Below, in pieces: positions 26,501 to 39,724 of a DNA stretch of 64,000 nt. The translations under genes and the position numbers were made by a program. The notes under the pieces are model-generated. The model saw nothing but the letters and a program-made list of their open reading frames with translations. It had not been told where the DNA came from and did not search any database. Position 1 is the first letter of the stretch; the number at the start of each line of letters is the position of its first letter. Source of the stretch: Isurus oxyrinchus (taxonomy: Eukaryota); contig JANJGN010000034.1 of assembly GCA_026770705.1 (NCBI GenBank), positions 7,006,001 through 7,070,000 of the forward strand. Direction: 5' to 3'.

Positions 26501-29500
26501 GCAATGAGGTTCCTTATGTGCTTTGGCAGTTCGGTTACTGAGAAGGCCTGTTAGGAACTTTGGAGATACTCAGCAGTCGATTCTCTGGCTTACCTGTCTT
26601 CAGAACAAAAAGGGGAATACATGGCATCTTAAACAACCCTTTGGCTCTTCTGGCGAACGAAGGCTGCTGCAGGACCAAGCCTCCAATTGTTTCAGTTTTC
26701 TGCCAATACACCAAGGTGTCGTTCTCTAAAGACACGCAGGGAAGATGGTATGCAACGGTTTGCGCATCCTAAATCTTTTTTTCTTTCCGAGGACATCTAC
26801 AATGCCATCAGGTGTCCAGTGAATGCTGGAGGGAGCATTGTTGTGTTCTATGCAAACTATCACTTGAAGTATGCTTGTACAGCTTTTGGTCAGTTGAGAA
26901 AGTGAGCATTCGAAGGTCGCAACACCAAAACTGGCAGGAAGCCCATTATCTGTTATTTGTCTCTGATTACGACCTTACTGTGTGGGGCTGCACATGGGCA
27001 ACGTACAGGAAGCACCTGAAGGCAATTGAGTCATACAGTTAACAATGGCTGCAAAAGAAATTGCATGTTATGTGGGAGGGCAGACAGGTGAACACTAGTG
27101 CCCCCTTACAAGCAGGCAGCATAAGCTTTGGATTTATGCTCATGTGTGATCAGCTTCGGTGAGATGGCACATTGTTCGGCTGTCAGATATCAGACTCGGA
27201 AAGCAGGTATTGTTCTCGAAGATTAGCCAGGACAGACGCACCAGAGGAGGGAGAGGAAATTCTTGCTGAAAAGCAAGATGACAAAAATTAATTATTCTTA
27301 TCGACACCTCGTTGAAAACTGTTTATTGATTAAGTCAAACGGCAGCAGCCCCTATAGGAATAATAGAAGCAATTCGAGTCCGAACAAGTACAAAATGATC
27401 AGGAAAGAAAAGATCGGACAAAGGAAAACAGCATGACCCGAATTAATGATACACGACCTGACATCCAACAACGTTTGAAATGCCATGGGTGCATGAAGTC
27501 TACAGGTACCGAATCTGCCTCATCAGCTAACTCAAGTTCATGGAGGACAATCGTCATCGCTAGTGAGGCAGAGCCAGTAATAACAGTACCTGCAAGTAAA
27601 TAATCACATGTTCCGATGTGGCCTCATGTTGCATCAGCTCCAGTTTTGTCAAAACTGTTTCCGGGGAAACAATTTTGCTGTTTTCCTTTTAAAGTCACTA
27701 TATACATGCAAATTATCCTCTCCTGCCAACAGCCAAATTTAAATCTCTACCAGCAAAGTTTCTGCCGCCAAATCTGAGGGAACAGTTGCTCGCAGGATTA
27801 CAACGTTAGGGTTCTTACAGTACAGTTAACCATAAGGGAGAACACCATGATTCCGGAAGAGAAAATAAACATTTGTAGCATAAACAAAGAACACAGCTTG
27901 TTATAGATTGGTTACAGAAAAGAATGAGGTGACCGGCTCTTCGTGTCAGAGGCGTATCTCTGGGTCATTATCTCGGCTGTTCCCATGCTGCAGACCTTCA
28001 CATACAGCGCATGCAACTTGTTTGCTATTCAAAGAATTACCCAGCTCCCTATTAAAATCCATGATTGTCCCTTCACCGAGCTCATTCTTAGGCATTGCAT
28101 TTCGGAACATAATGATGCACTGCAGATTTAATTTTCCCCATCTTCCCTTTGGTTTTCTGTCAGTTAGCATTAAATTAATGTCTTCCGGTTCTTGACCATT
28201 CCAGATGGAACAGTTTATACTTGCCTAACATGTCCAGGCCACGTCGTGAATGTGAAAAGCCCCATCAAATCATCTTTCACTCATACTGTATCTATAGAAA
28301 CCACTCTGAATTCTCAATTCTTTCCAGCTGGAAGAAACAATCATATCTGGAAACATTTCCATGAATACAAGCTCTACCCTCTCTAACGCCTTCACTTCTC
28401 CTTAAACTATGTTGTCCAAAATATGCCACAAGTCCCTAGTTGAAGTCGAACTAGCGATTAAACAGTTTTACCATATCTTCCTTTCATTGATGCATTTTCT
28501 TTTATTTCTGAAGCCGAAGATTTCACCTGGCTTAGTGACTGCGTTTTCAATCTGCCCTGCATCTTGCAACCATTTGTGCTCTTATACTCCCAAAGCCCCA
28601 TAAGCAGCTTCATCCCCTTTGGAATGCTACCACAAGTTGCTCATTGCCTCTTCCTACAAAAATATATCAATTCATGCCTCTCTCCACTCACTTCAGCCGC
28701 AATAGTTCCTCCCATTCCACCAGTCCATCTGCATCCGTTTGAATTATTTCACTATCTTCTTTGCAATTCATAGACCTGTAAAATCTGACAACTTTGAAAT
28801 TTTGCCCTGGACACTCAGGTCTAGGTCCTTGATGCATACCATGTAGATAGATTGGAAGGAGGAAACTGCGCAATTTTGTTGACAATTAAGTGTGGATTAT
28901 CCATTTTATGAATTACAGAGCAAAGCAGTTGTCAACAAGCTGTAAAAGATCTAGGTGAGCAAAATATTCCCGGTGTTGCTTTAGATTACATGCCTTGTTT
29001 TTTTGAACCATTAAGCAAATACTTTTACATTCGTTAAAGAGTGAAGTCATCAATTCAGGCACCCGTTGTTTAGCGATAGGCTCACATTCTCTTCTGTTGA
29101 TTTCAATAACATAAAATACTGAGCAGAAAGCAAAACAGGCCAACCATCCGAAAGTGGGTAGGATGAATTTCCGATGCTCCATGCATCACGATTATTGCTG
29201 CTTTTTGTCACAACTCTTACTGAATCCTGCATGCTAACGGGCTCATGACTTTTTTTTTTAACTTATCGATTTGGCACCAAGTTGGCAAAGTGTTCTAACC
29301 AATAACGAAACTCCTCTTACTCGTGAAAAGTGTTGTTCAATCCTATAATTTTTGGTTTGTTTGTCATGTAATCCCGAACAGAACAAAAACTGACTGCAAA
29401 AGAAGAAGGTACCTCATCTGACGTATTTTTTTGAAAAAGCCAGATATTGACAATGGTTGATTGCTTCTTTACATGATTTGTTTTGTTTTCGTTTGAATGT

Positions 29501-32500
29501 TTTATGTTTTCTTTTAACAAAGCAGATTCCTAGATTGTGCCTGAAGGGTTGGCAGCAGAAGGATTCTATATGGGGGCTCCATAGCTTCGAGTTAGGAGGG
29601 CATATTTACCAATGCTGCGTAACACAAAGTTGTAAGACAATAAATAACATGTGAACGAATGAACTGAATAAGGAATTCACTTAAAGCCCCTTAAACAAGG
29701 TAGTGGTAACAACGAAGTACTCGCTAGCACAGTGAAGTTAGAAATAAAACGTACTTGGTGGTTAAGAATGACAGTTTTGCTGATAGAGTTTATGAAGGAG
29801 TTCTTCTGACGCCGCTGTGGAGTCACAACTTTCAGCCAGAAGCTCCGTGTTCAAGTCTCACTTCAGGACTTAATGGCTTTTGAATCTGCGTTCGTATCTG
29901 GCCGGCAGTATTGGGCACCAACTTGCAAAACATTCCAATGTGCATGGCGACAGGTGCTAAGAATTGAAGAGATGCTGGCAAGCCAGACAGCAGAAAGCAA
30001 CTTCAAATGACTCTCGTACTTTGCCAAGCAAAATCAAGGCCACATCCAATGCAAATTCCTGTCCACCAAGACACTCAGAATGCAAGTTATCTGAAAAAGC
30101 AGGAATGAAATAAGGTATGTGGTATGTTGCTCTGGTGGAGGATAGGCTTAGGGATGGAACAGTTGATTGGACGGACAGATATTTTCCGCTAATTTATATG
30201 GGTCGGACTTCCCTCTCAGTACCAAATTCATTAGATTCAAATCCTTTTTTGAAATGTAAACCATTCCAAATTGTAAGGAAAAATGACAGAATGCCCTCTC
30301 TAGTTGATCGGTGACATGCCTAACCATGGAGAAGCACCGTGTATCTACTTAAATAATGTAATTGTACAATCGTTAACAGGAAGAAAATGGCAAAGTCCCG
30401 CAATAAAAGACAAACTGCAAAAGCATTTGGTTTCACGGTTGTGAAAATTAATATGCAAACAGAAGCACGGTGCAGGTTACTAATTGAGACTTACAGCGCC
30501 GGAAAAAAGTAGAATTATGCGATGTCTTATTTTTTAAGCATGCATGATATGCAAGTAAGGTATACTAAAGCATGCCATGAAACTATTGGATGACCGTCTC
30601 GGGGAGATTCAATGTGATGCCTCTGTATGTTACTGCCCAACCTGTACACAAGTAAGGTGACCGATGCCAGCATCCTGCTTATTGCTACTGCAACACCAGC
30701 ACTCAGCTCTCTGTTAAAATGGAGTATGAAATGACAGCCCAAATTAGACCTCATATTTTTATGAATATGATACAAGGATTAGCTGAGGTAAATATTCTGC
30801 CATTATTTATGAGCAGGTTAAGTCGACACTTCAGGAGGAAGTGAGCGGAAGTACATATGAGATGCAATACGTGGAAGTATGGAGCACGTGGAAGAACATA
30901 ATCCACTTAGTCAAATACCTTGAACAGTACTGTAAATTCTGCATAGTAAGTGGGGAGGGTGGGGAGGAGGGGAGGAGGAAATTGAAATAATGATGAAACT
31001 CTCACATCNNNNNNNNNNNNNNNNNNNNNNNNNNNNNNNNNNNNNNNNNNNNNNNNNNNNNNNNNNNNNNNNNNNNNNNNNNNNNNNNNNNNNNNNNNNN
31101 NNNNNNNNNNNNNNNNNNNNNNNNNNNNNNNNNNNNNNNNNNNNNNNNNNNNNNNNNNNNNNNNNNNNNNNNNNNNNNNNNNNNNNNNNNNNNNNNNACC
31201 TGCTGCATGAAATATTCCTGCAATTCCTAGCCCACACGTAGAATACAGAAGTGCCGATCAGTAATTCTAAATGTACAGATGCAAACTTTGCCTGCATTGT
31301 ATATTAACCCAGAATAGAAAGAGGCCAACCCTCCACCTTCTGATTCTGCTAAACAAAGAGTTTTATCTCTCCCCTTCTCTCTTTCTCTCTCTCTCTCTCT
31401 CTCATTATCTGCGTTCCAGAAATCTTTTCACACAACGTTCCAAATGCTTGTTCTGCACAATAAGTTGTTGTTCCTCGCCAACCCCCTTTTAACACTTTTT
31501 AACACTTTTTAACGCTTGCCATTTTAACAATCCACCCTGCTCTCTTGCCCACATGTCTGCCTTGGCTTGCTGCATTGTTCCAGTGAAGCCCAACGCAAAC
31601 TGGAGGAACAACACCTCATCTTCCGACTAGGCACTTTACAGCCATCTGGACTGAATATTGAATTCAACAAATTTAGGTCGTGACCTCCCTCACCCATCCC
31701 CACCCCCTTTCTGTTTCCCCCTTCCTTTTCTTTTTCTTTTTTATTTCAATAAATTATATAGATTTTCCTTTACCCACCTATTTCTATTATAATTTTTTTT
31801 CCATCTTTTATGCTCTCCCCACCCCCACTAGAGCTATACCTTGAGTGCCCGACCATCCATTCTTTATTAGCACATTCGTTTAGATAATATCACCAACTTT
31901 AACTTTAACACCTATGTGTTCTTTTGTACTATTGTTGATGACATCTTTTGATGATCTGCTTCTATCACTGCTTGTTTGTCCCCACAACCACACCCCCACT
32001 CCCCCTCTCTCTCACTCTCTCCGCCCCCCACACTAACACCTTAAACCAGCTTATATTTCAACTCTTTCTTAGACTCGAACTCAAGTTCTGTCGAAGGGTG
32101 ATGAGGACACGAAACGTCAACTGTTTTCTTCTCCACCGATGCTGCCAGACCTGCTGAGTTTTTCCAGATAATTCTGTTTTTGTTTTTGTTTTGGATTTCC
32201 AGCATCCGCAGTTTTTTTGTTTTTGTACTCAAGTAAGGTGTCCGATGCCAGCCTCCTGCTTATTGCTACTGCAATCCGGACACTCTGCTCTTCGTTAAAA
32301 TGGATTACGAAATGGCGGCCCAAATTAGACCTCCTATTTTTATGAATATGATACAAGGTTCAGATGAGTTAAATATTTTACCGTTATTTATGGGTATGGT
32401 TTAGTCCGTGCTTCAAGAGAAAGTGAGCGGAAGTACATATGGTAATATGAAATGCAGTATGTCGAAGTATGGAGCGTGTGGAAGGACATAATCCGCTTCT

Positions 32501-35500
32501 TCGAATACCTTGACCAGTTCTGCAAATTCTGCATACTATGTCGTGAGGGTGGTGGAGAGGGAGAGCTGGAAACTTGCTGAAATTGAAATAATGATGAAAC
32601 TCTCACATCTCACTATTCTAGAGATTCTAACGTGCCAAGAGTCTTTAAAGGATTCAGGTGGGAAATATATTTGCTTTTGAGTGAAATACCCGCTCCCCAA
32701 AATATTCCTGCAATCCCTAGACCACACGTAGAATACAGAAATGCCGATCAGTAATTTTAAATGTACAGATGCAAACATTGCCTGCATCATATAGTTACCC
32801 AGTACAGAAAGAGGCCAACCTTCCACTTGTCTGTTACTGCTATATCTGTCTTCATCTCTCTCGATTTCTCTGATTAGCTGCGTTCGAGAAATCTTTTTCA
32901 CACAACCTTGCAAATGCTTGTCCTGCACAATAAGTTGTTGCTCCCCACCAAACCCCTCCCCCCACCCTATGATTTATCTATGAATAACCATGCATCTGTG
33001 TTTCTTTGTTGCTGGTCGGCCTGGACGTAGCAACCATTTATTGTTACTTAATTTCTTAAGAATGAAGGTCTCATCATATTGGGCGTCATCATCATAGAAT
33101 CCATTAACCTTTTTGTGTGATCAGAAAAAGCTCAGCTCCGCTTCGCTGTCCATATAACTGATGCCCCGGTACTGTCGATTAAATCATCCCTGTGTTCCCA
33201 ACGCAATTTGTGAAACATTGCAAATTGTGGTGCATCGAGTTCGTATACAACATCATAAAGTGGCGCATATAAAACAACAAATGTTGAGATGCTGCACTGA
33301 ATATTGACGTATTGATGAGATACACATCTTTAGCAGTGAATTCTCCGTCAATTATTGATCCCGACTAATCCGTGGCACTTTTAGCTGAGCTGGTTGTCTG
33401 GCTGGGCGTGGAATGGATGACCGTTGTGATAGGGTCAGTTTCACGCTACAGCCTAGGATCACTTTTTACCACTATATGTAGCATCATCTATATAATTGTA
33501 TTGTTGCGGAGGTATGCACGCTGCAGTTTGCTTGACATAGCAACACGTTAAAAATGTCAATCCACCTGCAATTTGTTTCTTTTCATATACATCATCAACG
33601 GTTTCAATGATTCCACAATCTTCTTGTTAACGTCATGCCTTGACAGAAACAAAGCTGGAAGGCCAAGAAAAAGGTAGGCAGTTTAAGGGTTCATTGCTTT
33701 AAAAAGGCAAAAAAATAACGTGTTAAGAACGGATCTCTGCGTACTTTGTTTCATGATTAACATCTCAGAAATAGCATTTAGCATTATTAACCGGAAGATC
33801 AGTTGAATTTGGTAATGGGCTATATGTGGAGAAAATCTTTCAGCTTAAGGTCAAAGCCAAAATTGAGAGAGAGTAAGGTAGGAGTTTAACATTAATCCAA
33901 CCTGTCTCAGAAGGAAAGTATTGATCCCGAAAACGACCAGAACTTGGAATGCACTGCTGCATGATCCTTCGTTATACGGAATTCTGCATCATTTTTTTAC
34001 GGCCGAGGACAGTTATCCTCCGAGATCCCATGAATGTTCAATCGACCTGATTATCACGGAGTAAATATTGTGTCAACCCAAGAAAATTTTACTTCAGCAT
34101 TGTCAACTCCAGACTAATGGCCCACGTGCATTATTAAGCAAGTTTACCTCGCGTTTGCAGTCTGGCTTAAAGACTGTTATTACCACAAAATAACGATGCC
34201 TTCCCTTGAGGACTTGTTCATGCTTTGGGTCATGACGTCGGAAGGATAAATGTCAGGGGCCATGTGTGTTTGAAATTTCTCGGCACATTCCCTGTCAGCC
34301 AACGAGCTGATTTGCGTGCGAGCATTAAGGAATGCTGTGTAGCTAATGTTGTACAGTTCATGCATAAAAACACAAATTAATCTTATCATTCTCAACAGAA
34401 TACAAAAGGGGAGTCTGTCCAATCAGCATATAGAACCTATTTAAATAACATCTACACGGGCAAAGACATGGTGCCTAGTTAAACAAAGGCTCTACGAATT
34501 ACACCAGAACATTTCTAGGTTAACAGAAAGTTTAAGTTCTCCAGCAAAGAAAATTCACGAATGAAACCATGCCAATGTCCCTTTTAAAAAGCAGAAGTTC
34601 GTCACCAGTAAAATACAATTAGTGGAAGAGTGTCAATTAATGCCTACCACATTCATCTATTCAACCTCAGTCCCTAACAGCTGAGTAGGTTCCAGACACG
34701 ATTGGTAAGAGGATTACTGGGCCTGTTTGATTGCCGTCGGGGAATGTGGGGATACTAAATGCTTTGCGCTGTTACTCCACCTTAACAATGGCGTTTTATG
34801 GCTTCTGAAATATGTACCAAGACCCCAAAGCATGTTTGCTAAACTTTACGCCTAAAAATCTCCTTCTGCCTGTAACATTCACATACTTCCTGGGCCGTTT
34901 CCACAGTCCACCTCTCGTCCTCACCCCGGAGTCTGCCAATAATTAAAGTTTTGTTCGAAACATGGTGAAATTCAGTGAGGTTCCTTACACCCTGTGGCAC
35001 TTCTGTTACCGAGAAGGTGTCTTAGGAACCTTAGAAATACTCAGCAGACGATGCTCTGGCTTACATGTCCTCAGAACAAAAAGGGGAATACATGACATCT
35101 TAAACAACTCAGTGGTTCTTCTGGCGAATGAAGGCTGCTGCAGGACCATGCCTCCAATCGTTTTAGTTTTCTGGCATTGGACCTAGGTGTCATTCTCTAA
35201 AGACACGCAGGGAAGTTGTTGTACAACGGGTTGCGCATCCTAAAATCTTTCTTTCATTCCGATCACATCTGCCATGCCATCAGGTGTCCAGCAAATATTG
35301 GAGGGAGCATTGTTGTGTTACAGCTTTTGGTCAATTGAGAAAGTGAGCATTCGAAGGTCGCAACACCAAAACTGACAGGAAGCTCATGATCTGTAATTTG
35401 TCTCTGATTCCCACCTTACTGAATGGGGCTGCAACATGGACAATGTACAGGAGGCATCTGAAGGCTCTTGGGTGTTACCGTTAACACTGGCTGCGAAAGA

Positions 35501-38500
35501 AATTGCATATTATGTGGGAGGGCAAACAGGTGCCCCCTTGCAAACTTGCAATATAAGCTTTGGGTCTATGCTAATGTGTGATCAACTTCGGTCCGTTGGC
35601 ACACAGTTCGGCTGTCAGATATCAGACTCGGACAGCAGGTATTGTTCTCCAAGATTAGCCAGGACAGACAACAGAGAAGGGCAGAGGAAGTTCTTCAGTG
35701 ATTTGCTGAAAAGCAAGTTGGCAAAAATATAGTATTCTTGTCGACACCTCGTTGAAAACTGTTTATGGATTAAGCCAAACGGCACCAGGCCCTTTAGGAA
35801 ATTTCCCAGCACTTTAACTCTGAGCAAATACAAAATGATTAGGAAAAACAAGAGGGGTCAAAGGAAAACAGCATGACCCGAATTAATGATACACGGCCTG
35901 ACATCCAACAAGGCAACAAATGCCTTGGGTGCATGAAGTCTGCATTCGCGATTCTGCCTCATCATCCATCTCATGCTCTTGGAAGACAATCGTCCTCGCT
36001 AGTGAGGTGTAGCCAGTGATAACATTATCTGCAAGCCATTTATCACATGTCCTAATGAAGCCTCATGTTGCACCAGCTCCAGTTTTGTCGAAACTGTTTC
36101 CGTGGAAACAATTTTGATGTTTTAATGGATCAAGTCACTATATGCATGCAAATTGTCCTTTCCTGTCAGCTGTCTACATTTAATCTTTACCAGCAATGTT
36201 TCTGCTGCCAAATCTGAGGAAAAGGTTTATCACAGGATGCCTACGTGGGTTTCTTACAGTGTTGTAAACCATGTGGGAGAAAACCATGTTTCACGAAGAG
36301 AAGCTAAACATTTGTAACATAATCAAAGAATACACCTTGTCATAGATCGGTTACAGCACAGAAAAAGGCCATCCGGCCATTTGCGTCGGTGGTGAGGCTC
36401 TGGATTAATACCGTGGCTGCTCTCATGCTCCCGACTTTCACCTGCAGTGCTGAAAATTGCTTGCTTTTCAAAGAATTGCCCGGTTCCCTAATGAAAGCGA
36501 GGATTTTCCTTTCGCCGAGCTCATTCTTACGCATTGCATTTCAGAACCTAATGATATACTGCACATTTTTTTTCCCCATGTCCCCTTTGGTTTTCTTTCA
36601 GTTGACGTTAAATCAATGTCTTCTGGTTCTTGGTGATTCCTGATGGGAACAGTCTATACCTGCCTAACATGTCCAGGCCACGTCGTGAATTTGAAAAAAC
36701 ACATCAAATCTTGTTTCAATCATATTGTATCTATGTACAACCGCTCTAAATTCTCCAATCATTCCACCTGGAAGTTATAATTGTCTCTGGGAACATTCCC
36801 AAGAATACACTCTTTCCCCTCTCTAGCGCCTTCACTTCTTGATAAACTACGGTATCCAAAATATTCCCTAGTTGAACTCGAACTAGCTAGCGGTTAAACT
36901 GGTTACCATAACTTCCTGTCTCTGCTGCCTATTCATTGATTTATAGAGCCGAGGATTTCATCTGGCTTAGTGAAAGCGTTTTCCATCTGCCCTGCATCTT
37001 GCAACCATTTGCCTCTTATACTCGCAAAGCCCCATCAGCAGCTTCAATACTCTTTGGAATGCTACCACAAGTTGTTCATTACCTCTTCCTACCAAAATGT
37101 ATCACTTCATGCCTCTGTCTATTAATTTTAACTGCAATAGTTCCTCTCATGCCACCAGTCCATCTGCGTCCATTTCATGTATTTCACCATCTTCCTGGCT
37201 ATTCATACAACGGAAAAACCTGAAAACTTTGAAGTTTTTCCCTGGACGCTCAGGTCTAGGTCCCTGATGCACACCATTTAGATTGGAAGGGGGAAACTGC
37301 GTAATTATGTTGACACTACAGTGTGGATCAGTCATTTTATGAATTACAGAGCTAAGCGTCTGTCAACAAGCTGGAAAAGTGCTAGGTAAGTTAAGCATTC
37401 CCGGTGTCGCTTTAGATTACATGCCTTATTATTTCGAACCATTAAGCAAATAATTTTATATTCATTAAAAAGTGGAGTCATCAATTCAGGCACCCATCGT
37501 TCGGCGATAGGCCGACATTCGCTACTGTTGATTTCAATAAAAGAATACTTGGCAGAAAGCAAAACAGGCCTTCCATCCGATAGTGGGCAGTATGAATTTC
37601 CAATGCTCCATGTGTCATGATCATTGGTGCTTTTTGTCACAACTCTTACTGAATCCGGCAAGTTAATGGAATGATGACTTCTTTTTAACTTTATCAATTT
37701 GGCACCAATTGGCAAAGTGTTCTAACCATTAACGAAACTCCTCCCACTCGTGAAAACTGTTGTTTAATCCTACAATTTCTGGTTTGCTTATCATGTAATC
37801 CCGAACAGAAGAAACACTGACTGCAAAAGGAAAAGGTACCTCATTTCACATTGTTTTCTTCAATTAGCCAGAGAACGACAATGGCTGATTGCTTCTTTAC
37901 CTGATTTGTTTTGTTTTTGTATGAATATTTTATGTTTTTTTTTAAACTAAGCAGATTTTTAGAGCGTAACCTAGGGTTGGCAGCAGAAGATTCCTATACG
38001 TTGGTTCCATGGTTTTGATTTATGAGGGCGTATTTGCCGATGCTATGTCACACAAGTTGGAAGCCAGTAAATAACATGTAAACAAATTAATTGAATAAGG
38101 AATTCAATTAATGCTCCTTAAATAAGTTCGTGGTAACAACAAAGTACCAGCTAGCACAGTGAAGTTAGAAATAAAATGTATGGGCTGGTTAACCATATCA
38201 GCATCGCTGATTTAGTTTATGAAGGAGTTCTTGTGAGACCGTTGTGGAGTCACAACTTTCGGCCAGAAGCTCCGCATTCAAGTCTCACTTCAGGACTTGC
38301 TGGCTGTTGAAACTGTTTTTCTAAGTTGGCGGGCTGTATTGGTTACCAACTTGCAAAACCTTCAAATGCGCCTGGCAGCAGGTGCTAAGAACGGGGGAGA
38401 TGCTGGCCAGTGAGATTGCAAAAGCAACGTAAATGACTGTCATACGTTACCAAGCATAAGAATGGACAAATCCAAAGGAAATCGATGATCACCAACAAAC

Positions 38501-39688
38501 TCTGAATGCAACTACCTGGAAAAGCAGGAATGAAATAATGTTTTTGTTCAGTTGCTCTGGTGGAGGATAGGCTGAGGCATGGGACACTTCACTGGAGGGA
38601 CAGATATTTTGCTCTAATTTATATGGGCCCGACTACCCTCTCATTACCGAATTCCATAGAAGTAAATCTTTTTTTGAAATGTAACTCACTCCAAATTGGA
38701 AAGGAAAAATAAGAGAACGCCCTCTATAGTTGATTGGTGACGTGCCTAACCAGGGAGAAGCTCCGTGTATCTACTTAAATAATGTAATTGAACAATCGTT
38801 AACAAAAATAACTTGGCAAAGTCCCGCAATAAACGAAAATCTGCAAAAGCATTTGGTTTCACGGTTGTGCAAGATAATTTGAAAACAGAAGCACGGTGCA
38901 TGTTATTAATTGAGACTTACAGGGCCGGTAAAAATGGAATTATCTGATGTCATATTTGTTATGCATGCATGATATGCAAGTAAAATATACTAAAGCAAGC
39001 CATGTAACTATTGAATGCCTGCCTCGGGGAGATTCAATGTGATGTCTCTGTATGTTATTATCCAACCTGTACTCAAGTAAGGTGACCGTTGCTAGTCTCG
39101 CACTTATTGTTACTGCCACCACAACACCCTGCTCTTTGTTAAAATATAGTATGAAATGGCGGCCCAAATTATACCTCGTATTTTTATGAATATGATACAA
39201 GGATCAGCTGAAGGAAGTATTCTTCCATTATTTATGGGTAGGTTAAGTCGGCGCTTCAGGAGGAAGTGAGCGGAAGTACATATTGTAATATGGGATGCAG
39301 GATGTCGATGTATGGAACACAATTTACTTTGTCAAATAGCTTGACCAGTACTGTAAATTCTGTATAGTAAGTCGAGAGGGTGAGGAGGAGGGAGAGGGGG
39401 AAACATGCTGAAATTGAAATAATGATGAAACGCTCACATCTCACTATTCTAGATATTCTAACATGCCAAGAGTCTTTAAAGAATTCAGGTGGGAAATATA
39501 TTTGTTATTTTTGTAAAATACCCGCTGCATGAAATATTCCTGAAATTCCTAGCCCACATGTAGAACACAGAAATGCTGATCAGTAATTCTAAATGTACAG
39601 ATGTAAACTTTGCCTGCATTGTATAGTTACCCAGAATAGAAAGAGGCCAACACTCCACCTTCCCTGTTACTGCTAAATGAAAGAGTTT

Positions 39689-39724
<36 letters not shown>

